Shown here: positions 1 through 7,657 of the stretch, piece after piece | Layout of the letters: the number at the start of each line of letters is the position of its first letter | Numbering within the stretch: position 1 is the first letter of the stretch | Source of the DNA: Candidatus Woesearchaeota archaeon | GTDB taxonomy: Archaea; Nanobdellota; Nanobdellia; Woesearchaeales; JACPBV01 | Length of the DNA: 20,965 bases | Assembly: GCA_019323195.1 (NCBI GenBank) | Contig: JAHWHQ010000005.1 | Location: forward strand, 1-20,965 | Direction: 5' to 3' | Notes under the pieces: generated by a model | Database searches by the model: none | What the model was told of the DNA's origin: nothing | The model's input: only the letters and a program-made list of their open reading frames with translations | Program-made: the position numbers and the translations under genes

Positions 1-38
1 ATTTTTTTAGTTCTTCTTCTACTATTTTATATTTCTCT

Positions 39-440
39 TTATCTTTTAAACTCCTTGATTTTTCCATTTTTTATCCACTCCTTAATCTCATTGTCGTTAT
101 AATAATTCTCCCTGATACCTTGCATGACTCTTGCGTAATAGGGGTTATCTTTTATCCTGAATTTTCCCTTATTTGAGATTACAAAGTTTTTTGTCGCAAT
201 AAAAGATGTTCTTCTGTTGCCACTTGCAAAAGCGTGTTCCTGTACAATTCCCTTAAGCAGACAAACTGCTTTATCATAAATGTCCCCTTCAGCTTCCTTA
301 CATTCCTTAATAACTCTATCGATTCTAGCTTCACTTAAAACTTCTACTTTATCGGCTTTTTTGACCCGTATAATATTAAGTGCTAATATATTATACTCAA
401 TTATTTGCTCAGTTGTAGGGTACATAATCTGATTTGCCAT
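39..440 (-). CDS. Doc (death-on-curing) type Fic-fold toxin, 133 aa
   Basis: Track ORF. It carries a degenerate Fic motif of the Doc kind, EHAFASGNRRTSF (compare HxFx[DN][AG]NKR), in a ~130-aa protein typical of Doc. The TAA stop is at 39-41. Confidence 0.75.
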   Translation of the reverse strand: MANQIMYPTTEQIIEYNILALNIIRVKKADKVEVLSEARIDRVIKECKEAEGDIYDKAVCLLKGIVQEHAFASGNRRTSFIATKNFVISNKGKFRIKDNPYYARVMQGIRENYYNDNEIKEWIKNGKIKEFKR

Positions 441-903
441 TTTAGCTATAAGGCAGGATATTAATATAAATCTTTTGTTTTTTAAAAATAAATTCTATAG
501 CTACCGCTAGAACATAACCTACGCCCCCTGTGTCTCGTATATCTTTCCTGATATAGGTATTTATTATTTGAGAGAGATGTAAACTTTTTTTCTAACATAG
601 TATACAAAAAGTTTGACTTATTTAATAGTAGACTATACAATTAGTATAAAATCTATATTTTAATAACCCCCTTCCACAATGCAACATTTCTGCCCATTTA
701 TCCTTTGAGACCATTTTAGTAGGATATAAAAGGAAACTATCCACAAATCTTTCCTTTTAAAGATAATGTCACCTTTGTCGATGTTGAGGGTAATGCAAGG
801 GTTATTGAGAAAAGATAAACAGGATTGATTATTCTTCACCTCTTAGTAATATTTTAGAAAGATTTATAAATAGATTTTAATTCTTAACTAGGAAATAGTA
901 AAA

Positions 904-1464
904 ATGGCACAAGATAAACAACTAAAAATTTATTTAGATAAGACAGGGACTGAATGCGAGTCAGATTTGTGGGTAAATGACTACACCCTTTTTGGAGCCC
1001 ATAGTATTGAAGAAGCTTTAGCAATAGCCAAAGCTCCTAAAGCTATTAAAGGTAAAAGGGGTTATGGGTTCTACGAGCTGCCTTACGAAGAAGGCAAACC
1101 GTTCTTAACAGTTAGTGGAAATAAAGATGTGAAGGTTAATACGTCTGACCAACAAAATGGAGATAATCCTATTATCACTGTTTATCAGTTTTATTCTCAA
1201 ACGTACGGTAGGGCTGTTTTTGATGAACAATTGCTTCAGGCTCTTCAGGAACAAGGAACCTTACCTGATAAACCAATCAATGGAGAGGCGAATGACATCG
1301 TCTTAATTGTAGAAAGCGCAGATAAAGCCAAAGAAAGGAAAGAAGCCGTTTATGATATCTGTAATAAATGCGACCAATACAACCAAAGATTAGAAATTTA
1401 TGATGTTTCTATAGCTAAAGGAAGAATTCTGCAGATGAAACCCGCTGCTTTATGGCTTGATTAA
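904..1464 (+). CDS. hypothetical protein, 186 aa, no recognisable family
   Basis: Clean ATG ORF with an AT-rich TATA-like tract (atttataaata) about 40 nt upstream. Composition is coding-like. I recognise no motifs. Confidence 0.55.
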   Translation: MAQDKQLKIYLDKTGTECESDLWVNDYTLFGAHSIEEALAIAKAPKAIKGKRGYGFYELPYEEGKPFLTVSGNKDVKVNTSDQQNGDNPIITVYQFYSQTYGRAVFDEQLLQALQEQGTLPDKPINGEANDIVLIVESADKAKERKEAVYDICNKCDQYNQRLEIYDVSIAKGRILQMKPAALWLD

Positions 1465-1805
1465 CCACTACCTCAAAAAACCAGTAGGCTTCATCCTAAC
1501 AAATTCTAGGGCAATACCTTCAAGAAGAATAAAATTTATAAAGAACAGATACTATAATCCTCACTATGCATCTTTTCAAAAAAGCAAGGATAAGGATCAT
1601 ATCCTTCATAATCGTTGTTCTGATCGTCATACTTCTTGTCTTCCTGGTAAAAAACGGCTGGGACTTCAAGGCTGCTGTCCTTGACATGCTGTCTTTGTTC
1701 GGAAGAGGCGGGAAACAATAAAAGCAAAGGCTTTATATTCTTGAATATCTCTTTACACCCATATTTTCCATCGTAAAGGGTAAAAGCATCTTTACGTAAA
1801 AAAAG

Positions 1806-3965
1806 ATGAGCATAATAAATAACAAAAGACAAGGATTATTGTTCATAGCCATAACAGCATTAGGCATCTCTTCAATAATAACCCAGCTCACTGCAATAAG
1901 GGAGTTCCTGAGCGTTTTTTACGGCAATGAGTTAATATTTGGCATCATACTTGCAAACTGGCTCTTATTGACAGGCATAGGGGCTTATCTAGGAAAATAT
2001 ATCAAAGAAGGAAAGATCTCCTGGCTGATAATATCAGAAATAATCATCGCATTCCTTCCTTTCTTCCATATAGCTATAATAAGGAACCTGAGGAATCTCA
2101 TATTCCTGAAAGGAGAACTGATAGGCATCACAAAGATATTCCTCTCATCCTTTCTGATATTGATGCCCTACTGCCTCATCTCCGGCTTCCTGCTCACTTT
2201 AGCCTGCTGCATCTTTTCCATAAAAAAGGATTCTGCGTCAATAGGCAAGGTCTACTTCATGGACAACATCGGAGACATACTTGGAGGTGTTCTGTTCAGC
2301 TTTATCCTTGTCTATTTCCTGAACGCATTCCAGATGGCTTTTTTCATCATGTTCATCAACCTTTTCGCTGCCTTATTGCTTGCCTTTTTCATAATAAAAA
2401 AAAGAAGATTCATCGCCTTCTTTATCCTTCTGCTTCTCATCCTCTCCTCAATAGGATTCTTCCTTACAGACCTGGACAGGATAACAAGGCAGCAGCAGTA
2501 CAAGGGCCAGGAACTGCTGTTCCAGAAAGACAGCCCTTACGGCAGCCTTGCAGTTACAAGAACAATGGGCCAGCTCAACTTCTATGAGAACGGCCTGATC
2601 CTGTTCAGCACAGAAAATACAGTATCCAACGAGGAGACAGTCCATTATGCCATGGCGCAGCTCAATAATCCAAGAACAGTGCTCCTTATCTCCGGCGGCG
2701 TGTCAGGAACGATTGATGAGCTCTTAAAATATAACCTAAGCCGGATAGACTATGTTGAGCTTGATCCCTTAATCATTGAATTAGGAAAAAGATACACAAC
2801 CAACCTGGACAATAAGAAGATAAGGATAATAAACAAGGACGGAAGGCTCTTCATAAGGCAGGCAGAAGCAAGGTATGATGCAGTCATAATCGACCTTCCT
2901 GACCCAGACACAGCCCAGCTGAACAGGTTCTATACAACAGAGTTCTTCAAAGAGGCCAGGAAGGTCCTGGACAAGGAAGGTGTTATCTCATTAAGCCTAA
3001 GCTCCTCTGACAACTACCTCAACCCAGAGATAAGAAGGTTAAATTCAGCCCTGTACAATTCATTGAAAGAGCATTTCAGGAACACAATAATAATCCCTGG
3101 ACAAAGGAATTTCTTCATATCTTCTGATAAAGGGTTAAGCTATGATATCGCTGAATTGATAAAAGAAAAAGGGATCCAGACAGAGTATGTCAACGGGTTC
3201 TACCTGAGAGGGGAATTGACCGATGAAAGGATAAGTTATGTAAGGGATTCCATGATAAAAGACACAAAGCAGAACACAGACTTCAACCCTGTAACATACT
3301 ACTACCAGCTCCTTCTCTGGATGAGGCATTTCAGGTTTAACAGCTTATTATTCTTCATAATCCTTATAGCATTAGTTGCATTATACCTGAGCAAAGCAAA
3401 GCCTGTACAGTTTGCAGTATTCACCACTGGCTTTACAGGAGCATCCTTAGAGGTAATAATCCTTATCGGCTTCCAGATATTATACGGCTATGCCTATCAC
3501 CAGATAGCTATAATCATAACCGCGTTCATGGCAGGCCTTGCTATAGGCTCTTATTACATGAATAAAAAGCTGGAAGGGATGTCAAGAAAAGAGCTTGTAA
3601 AGCTGGAGTTTTCCATTGCGTTTTATTCAGCCCTTCTTCCTATAATCCTGATTCTTCTTGGCAGGTTAAAGAATAGCCTCCTTGTCTCAGCCTCATCGCA
3701 GTTATTAATACCCCTCTTCACCTTAATAATCGCTGTTCTTGTAGGTATGGAATTCCCTCTGGCTTCCAAGCTCTTCTTTAAAGGGAAGATAGGTGAAACA
3801 GCAGGAAAGCTGTATAATGCAGACCTGATAGGCGCATGCATCGGCGCTTTGCTTGTAAGCTCCCTGTTGATACCGATATTAGGCATTCTTAAGGTTTGCT
3901 TTTTAACAGCTTCTTTAAACCTATTAAGCGGATCCATTCTTATGTGCAGTAGAGGAAGTAAATAA
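1806..3965 (+). CDS. fused polytopic membrane domain / spermidine synthase (SpeE-like aminopropyltransferase) family protein, 719 aa
   Basis: About 7 hydrophobic segments occupy aa 1-220 and about 6 more occupy aa 510-719. The central domain has SpeE-type motifs: LLISGGVSGT (Gly-rich nucleotide loop), YVELDP and VIIDLPDPDT (DxxDP). Confidence 0.85.
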   Translation: MSIINNKRQGLLFIAITALGISSIITQLTAIREFLSVFYGNELIFGIILANWLLLTGIGAYLGKYIKEGKISWLIISEIIIAFLPFFHIAIIRNLRNLIFLKGELIGITKIFLSSFLILMPYCLISGFLLTLACCIFSIKKDSASIGKVYFMDNIGDILGGVLFSFILVYFLNAFQMAFFIMFINLFAALLLAFFIIKKRRFIAFFILLLLILSSIGFFLTDLDRITRQQQYKGQELLFQKDSPYGSLAVTRTMGQLNFYENGLILFSTENTVSNEETVHYAMAQLNNPRTVLLISGGVSGTIDELLKYNLSRIDYVELDPLIIELGKRYTTNLDNKKIRIINKDGRLFIRQAEARYDAVIIDLPDPDTAQLNRFYTTEFFKEARKVLDKEGVISLSLSSSDNYLNPEIRRLNSALYNSLKEHFRNTIIIPGQRNFFISSDKGLSYDIAELIKEKGIQTEYVNGFYLRGELTDERISYVRDSMIKDTKQNTDFNPVTYYYQLLLWMRHFRFNSLLFFIILIALVALYLSKAKPVQFAVFTTGFTGASLEVIILIGFQILYGYAYHQIAIIITAFMAGLAIGSYYMNKKLEGMSRKELVKLEFSIAFYSALLPIILILLGRLKNSLLVSASSQLLIPLFTLIIAVLVGMEFPLASKLFFKGKIGETAGKLYNADLIGACIGALLVSSLLIPILGILKVCFLTASLNLLSGSILMCSRGSK

Positions 3966-3988
3966 AATCTTCCAACCTAAACCATAGC

Positions 3989-3996
3989 TTTATAAA
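3989..3996 (+). promoter_or_regulatory. TATA-box-like element (tttataaa) about 30 nt upstream of the ATG at 4022
   Basis: Spacing fits an archaeal TATA box centred near -26 of a transcript start at or next to the ATG. There is no SD between the box and the ATG, suggesting a leaderless mRNA. Confidence 0.4.
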
Positions 3997-4021
3997 CTGA
4001 GGCGCTATCTGAATCTACTAT

Positions 4022-4498
4022 ATGGGAAACTTCAAACGTAACTTTAACAAAAGGCGCTCTGGCAGGGGCAGATTTGACAGGAATCGTCCAAGGTTCAACA
4101 AAAAAGACAGGGGAAGGGATAGAGGTTCTGAAAGGCATGAGATGCATAAGGGGATATGCGACAAATGCGGCAAGGAATGCGAGGTTCCTTTCAGGCCGAC
4201 AGAGGGAAAACCCCTTTACTGCAATGATTGCTTTAAAGACAAAAGCAGGGAAGCCGGCTCCAGGTCAGGATTTGGAAGGCCGATCAGGGAATCTGGTCCA
4301 GGACCTGAATTCAGAAAGCCTGTCAATAATGAAAACTTTGATATCATCAACAAAAAACTCGATAAGATCCTAAATATGCTAGAAGCTGCAAAAGAGCCTG
4401 AGAAGGCTGAAGAGAAAGAGCAAGCCAAAAAAAATAAGCAAAAAGAACAGCCAAGATCAAAAAAGCCAAAGAAAAAAGCCAGGAAAAAGAGATCTTAA
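4022..4498 (+). CDS. CxxC-x17-CxxC zinc-binding protein with Arg-rich N-tail and Lys-rich C-tail, 158 aa
   Basis: CDKC-(17 residues GKECEVPFRPTEGKPLY)-CNDC matches the CxxC-x17-CxxC domain spacing exactly. Flanking tails are very basic (RRSGRGRFDRNRPRF; KKPKKKARKKRS), suggesting nucleic-acid binding. Confidence 0.8.
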   Translation: MGNFKRNFNKRRSGRGRFDRNRPRFNKKDRGRDRGSERHEMHKGICDKCGKECEVPFRPTEGKPLYCNDCFKDKSREAGSRSGFGRPIRESGPGPEFRKPVNNENFDIINKKLDKILNMLEAAKEPEKAEEKEQAKKNKQKEQPRSKKPKKKARKKRS

Positions 4499-4516
4499 GG
4501 CCTTATACAAAAAACC

Positions 4517-4524
4517 TTTTAAAG
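4517..4524 (+). promoter_or_regulatory. TATA-box-like element (ttttaaag) about 26 nt upstream of the ATG at 4546
   Basis: Same geometry as at 3989: the box centre lies about 26 nt from the start codon with no SD in between. Confidence 0.4.
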
Positions 4525-4545
4525 AGACGATTTCTTCAGGATACC

Positions 4546-4911
4546 ATGTACATACCAAAAAGATACGGCCAGAGCAGGATAGACCTATGCCCTTTCTGCA
4601 AAAAGAATGCAACAACAAAGAATTCCCAGCAGGTTCCTGTCTGCCATGCGCACAAAGCAAGCATACTGCCTGAGCTTACCTGCCTATGCGGGGATTACCT
4701 GGAGCTGAAAAACGGCAGGTTCGGGATATATTTCAGCTGCACTAACTGCGGCAATATGAACCTCAGCAGAGCCATGGAAATCAACCCTGAACTGGGAAAA
4801 GATCCAAAGATCAAAGGAAGAACAGGAAGCAAGCCACCTATAAGCACGATTAAAAAGGATAAAAAAGAGATAACGATAACTTCCGATGATGTTGATATAA
4901 ATTACAGCTGA
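4546..4911 (+). CDS. small zinc-finger protein, topoisomerase-type C4 finger-like, 121 aa
   Basis: CPFC...CHAH is followed by CLCGDYLELKNGRFGIYFSCTNCG. The second resembles the zf-C4 topoisomerase pattern (C-x-C, Gly-rich beta hairpin, C-x2-C). The C-terminus is basic. Confidence 0.6.
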   Translation: MYIPKRYGQSRIDLCPFCKKNATTKNSQQVPVCHAHKASILPELTCLCGDYLELKNGRFGIYFSCTNCGNMNLSRAMEINPELGKDPKIKGRTGSKPPISTIKKDKKEITITSDDVDINYS

Positions 4912-4975
4912 ATAAACCCCTGGGATGGACCTTCTTTTCGGCAGCAACCTCAACCGAGCCTAACGCACACAAAAA

Positions 4976-5017
4976 AGAGAAAGACAAAAATAGGTTATAA
5001 TTTGTTTGTCTTTCTCT
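4976..5017 (+). terminator. perfect 13-bp stem hairpin (agagaaagacaaa / tttgtctttctct, 16-nt loop) followed by a T-rich tract
   Basis: The reverse complement was verified by hand. It lies 65 nt downstream of the 4546-4911 CDS. Function (terminator or RNA element) is unproven. Confidence 0.35.
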
Positions 5018-5174
5018 ATTTAGTAGCGGCTATTTATTATGGTATATAAATTATGAAATAATTTTATACTCCATAAATGCGTTAGCATTTCTCGTAACTT
5101 ACTTTAGTCCGCTACTAAAAAAACAAAAGATTTATATTCTAAAATGTCCAAAATACCTACTAGGGGTGATCCAA

Positions 5175-5333
5175 ATGATTGGCATGACTGAAATACTAGT
5201 AGTATTGGTGATAATCTTGATTCTTTTCGGGCCTAAGAAGCTGCCTGAACTGGCAAGGTCTATCGGAGAGAGCGTAAAGGCCTACAGGGAAGGCATGAGT
5301 TCAAAAGGGAAAAAGAAGAAATTGAAGGGATGA
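5175..5333 (+). CDS. tatA: twin-arginine translocase subunit TatA/E, 52 aa (below the ORF-track size cut-off)
   Basis: Hand translation gives MIGMTEILVVLVIILILFGPKKLPELARSIGESVKAYREGMSSKGKKKKLKG. It has a single TM, the hallmark F-G-P hinge, KLPEL and an amphipathic helix. A strong SD (ggggtgatcc) lies 5 nt upstream, and the TGA stop is at 5331-5333. Confidence 0.85.
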   Translation: MIGMTEILVVLVIILILFGPKKLPELARSIGESVKAYREGMSSKGKKKKLKG

Positions 5334-5405
5334 AAATTTCTATTATCGCAAAGTTTATATATAAGTTATACATAGGTCTAACTAGAGTATAACTAGGTGG
5401 TGATA

Positions 5406-5615
5406 ATGGCTATAGAGGTAGTATTAAAAAAATGGGGAAACTCGATTGGAGGAGTATTTCCAAAAGATTTTGTCAGAAAAAACAAACTTAGCGTAGATGA
5501 CACCATTTTTGTAGAGGTAGTCCGGAAGACAAACCTGACTAAGCTATTTGGAAGTTTACCGAGAAAAAAATCTGGGCAGCAGTTTAAGGATATGGTAAGG
5601 AAAGGATGGAAATAA
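5406..5615 (+). CDS. vapB: AbrB/MazE/SpoVT-fold antitoxin (VapB-like), 69 aa from the ATG at 5406
   Basis: VVLKKWGNSIGGVFPKDFVRKNKLSVDDTIFVEV is a typical SpoVT-AbrB swapped-hairpin motif. The SD aggtggtga sits directly upstream of the ATG at 5406; the track start 5397 is a GTG inside that SD. It overlaps the PIN gene by 10 nt. Confidence 0.8.
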   Translation: MAIEVVLKKWGNSIGGVFPKDFVRKNKLSVDDTIFVEVVRKTNLTKLFGSLPRKKSGQQFKDMVRKGWK

Positions 5616-5980
5616 AAAGCTATTTTTTCGACACTTATGCTTTTTTTGAAATAATCGAAGGGAATGAAAATTATAGGAAATACTCTAAAGACATCATCAT
5701 GATAACAACTAAACTAAACCTTATGGAACTGCATTACGGACTAATGGTGGAATATGGAAAAGAAATTGCTGATATTTATTATGATGTACTTGTCAGATTT
5801 GTTGCAGAAATTGATGACTGGACAATAAAAGAGGCAAATGTTTTTAGGTCTGAATATAATAAAAGGGACCTATCATATGTTGACTGCATTGGATATGTTA
5901 TAGCAAGGAGTAAAAATATAAGGTTCCTAACAGGGGATAAACAATTTGAAGATTTAGAGAATGTTGAGTTTGTTAAATAA
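5606..5980 (+). CDS. vapC: PIN-domain toxin (VapC-like), 124 aa
   Basis: The acidic quartet is at the expected spacing: FFDTYA (Asp9), LMELHYG (Glu), SYVDCIGY (Asp), TGDKQF (Asp). Size and the overlap with the upstream AbrB-type gene fit VapBC. Confidence 0.8.
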   Translation: MEIKSYFFDTYAFFEIIEGNENYRKYSKDIIMITTKLNLMELHYGLMVEYGKEIADIYYDVLVRFVAEIDDWTIKEANVFRSEYNKRDLSYVDCIGYVIARSKNIRFLTGDKQFEDLENVEFVK

Positions 5981-6003
5981 AAGAGGTGGTAGGGAGACAG
6001 ATA

Positions 6004-6690
6004 ATGGAACTCCCGCTGCACGAGCATCTGGATGAATTAAGGAAAAGGTTCATTATAGTCATCGTTTTCCTGTTCATTTTCTTTATTGTCGGTTTCTTAT
6101 TTTCAGGCTTTTTTATAAAAAAGATAATCCATGACCTGGTCTTTATAGAGAATGTCAGGATAATCGGCCTAACCCCTATCGAGTATTTTTTGACGCAGGT
6201 AAAGGTAGGGTTCCTTATATCCTTTATAATAACCCTCCCGATAATAATCTACCAGCTATTGGTCTTTATAAGCCCTGGCATGAACAGAAGAGAAAAGAAA
6301 AGTATTAAGCTGATACTGCCTTCATTTATCCTGCTGTTTTTGATAGGGGTTGTCTTCACCTATTTTATCTTCCTTCCTGTTGCAGTCTATTTCCTTGGAA
6401 ACCTGTCAAAAGGGATAATAGAGAACATATGGTCTATTGACGCCTTTATCAATTTCGTATTGCTGAGCTGCCTGTCTTTCGGCCTGATATTCCAGCTGCC
6501 CCTGCTCCTTATAACCCTGAACAGGATAGGCATAATAGATGCCAAAAGCTTAAGGACGTACAGGGCGCATACCTATGTCATTATATTTATATTATCCGCC
6601 GTAATAACCCCGCCTGATGCCATCACACAGCTGATAATCGCGCTTCCTCTGGTGATGTTGTATGAGGCAAGCTTATTGATCATAAGGTAA
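6004..6690 (+). CDS. tatC: twin-arginine translocase subunit TatC, 228 aa from the ATG at 6004 (track start 5986 is GTG)
   Basis: The N-terminal HLDELRKRFI motif is followed by six hydrophobic segments with the TatC pattern (ISPGM..REKK, LLFLIGVVFTYFIFLP, SAVITPPD). It starts 6-24 nt after the PIN stop. Confidence 0.85.
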   Translation: MELPLHEHLDELRKRFIIVIVFLFIFFIVGFLFSGFFIKKIIHDLVFIENVRIIGLTPIEYFLTQVKVGFLISFIITLPIIIYQLLVFISPGMNRREKKSIKLILPSFILLFLIGVVFTYFIFLPVAVYFLGNLSKGIIENIWSIDAFINFVLLSCLSFGLIFQLPLLLITLNRIGIIDAKSLRTYRAHTYVIIFILSAVITPPDAITQLIIALPLVMLYEASLLIIR

Positions 6691-6725
6691 GGGGGAATTT
6701 GGAGTTATAATATTTTTCAGCATCA

Positions 6726-6780
6726 ATTACCATTACAAATTGAATAAAAATAGAAAAATTTAAATATTTGTAATGGTAAT
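6726..6780. promoter_or_regulatory. perfect 15-bp inverted repeat (attaccattacaaat N25 atttgtaatggtaat) bracketing a TATA-like box (tttaaata, 6759-6766) upstream of the Fic gene
   Basis: The reverse complement was verified by hand. The right arm fills the space between the TATA-like box and the ATG at 6790, the classic position for a repressor operator. Confidence 0.5.
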
Positions 6781-6789
6781 AAGTTTATA

Positions 6790-7641
6790 ATGAGAATAAT
6801 AAAAAGAAAAAAAGGAAGGAAAGATTATTTCTATTTACAGCACTCTTTTAGAAAAGAGGGCAGGGTTATAACCAAAGAGATATATCTGGGCAAAAAAATT
6901 CCAGAAAACATTAGTAGAATTAAAGGAGAGATGATAATAGATGCCAAAAAAACCCTGTATGAAAAATTAAAAAAAATAAGGGATGATTTTCAAAAGGAAT
7001 GGAAAAGATACCCTGAAACAATCAGGAATAAAGAGAAAGAGGAGATAGCTATTGCTTTTACATATAATACAAACGCAATAGAAGGCTCAACTATTACATT
7101 AGAAGAGACCAGAGACATTATACATTATAAGACCTCCCCTGAAAAGCCTCTTAGGGATGTCAAGGAAACAGAAGCGCATTCAGGAGTATTCCTTGCAATG
7201 TTGGATAAAAAAGATAAGGTATCCAAAAAACTATTACTTGAATGGCATAGGGGCATTTTTGGAGAAACAAAGAAAGACATTGCAGGAAGATTCAGGGACT
7301 ATCTGGTGAGAGTTGGCAATTACAGGGCACCTGACTGGCAGGATGTTAAAAAACTTATGAATGAGCTAATTAATTTCATCAGTAAATCTAAGGATAATCC
7401 TGTTGAATTAGCAGCCAGGGCACATTATAAATTTGAGAAGATCCATCCTTTTGGTGATGGAAATGGAAGGATTGGAAGGCTTTTAACTAATTACATATTA
7501 TGGCATAACAAATACCCTATGATAGTAATAGAGTATAAGAAAAGAAGGTCTTATTATAAAGCCCTGGAAAGAGATGAGGAAGGGTTTGTTAACTATTTCC
7601 TAAGAAGATACCTTTCTGTCCATAAGAGAAGAGTAAAGTAA
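6790..7641 (+). CDS. Fic family protein (AMPylase type) with intramolecular inhibitory motif, 283 aa
   Basis: The Fic motif HPFGDGNGRIGR is canonical. The upstream TNAIEG matches the inhibitory-helix motif [ST]xxxE[GN], placing it in class II Fic. Confidence 0.9.
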   Translation: MRIIKRKKGRKDYFYLQHSFRKEGRVITKEIYLGKKIPENISRIKGEMIIDAKKTLYEKLKKIRDDFQKEWKRYPETIRNKEKEEIAIAFTYNTNAIEGSTITLEETRDIIHYKTSPEKPLRDVKETEAHSGVFLAMLDKKDKVSKKLLLEWHRGIFGETKKDIAGRFRDYLVRVGNYRAPDWQDVKKLMNELINFISKSKDNPVELAARAHYKFEKIHPFGDGNGRIGRLLTNYILWHNKYPMIVIEYKKRRSYYKALERDEEGFVNYFLRRYLSVHKRRVK

Positions 7642-7657
7642 GGCAGTTCTTGTATTT

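Noticed and set aside
660-839. A 59-aa GTG-initiated minus-strand ORF with a weak AbrB-like stretch, considered as the Doc antitoxin.
   Set aside because: Only half of an AbrB motif is discernible. The start is non-ATG, and 220 bp separate it from Doc. It is kept only as a note under the orphan-Doc finding.
2312-3937. Minus-strand ORFs 2312-2503, 2448-2645, 3135-3329 and 3623-3937 inside the SpeE-like membrane fusion gene.
   Set aside because: They are antisense shadows of a well-supported 719-aa ORF and have no recognisable motifs.
4873-4905. A C/D-box sRNA-like pair: gatgatg (near-C box) and ctga (D box) at the 3' end of the 4546-4911 CDS.
   Set aside because: The C box has a mismatch (TGATGT, not TGATGA). 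The boxes are only about 20 nt apart with no C'/D' boxes. The segment lies inside a coding region.
4074-4953. Alternative-frame or antisense ORFs 4074-4373, 4216-4428, 4457-4660 and 4684-4953.
   Set aside because: They overlap the two zinc-finger genes, whose CxxC spacing gives independent support. The alternatives have no features.
5779-6027. Minus-strand 82-aa ORF overlapping the PIN gene and the tatC start.
   Set aside because: It is antisense to a PIN domain with the full acidic quartet and is most likely spurious.
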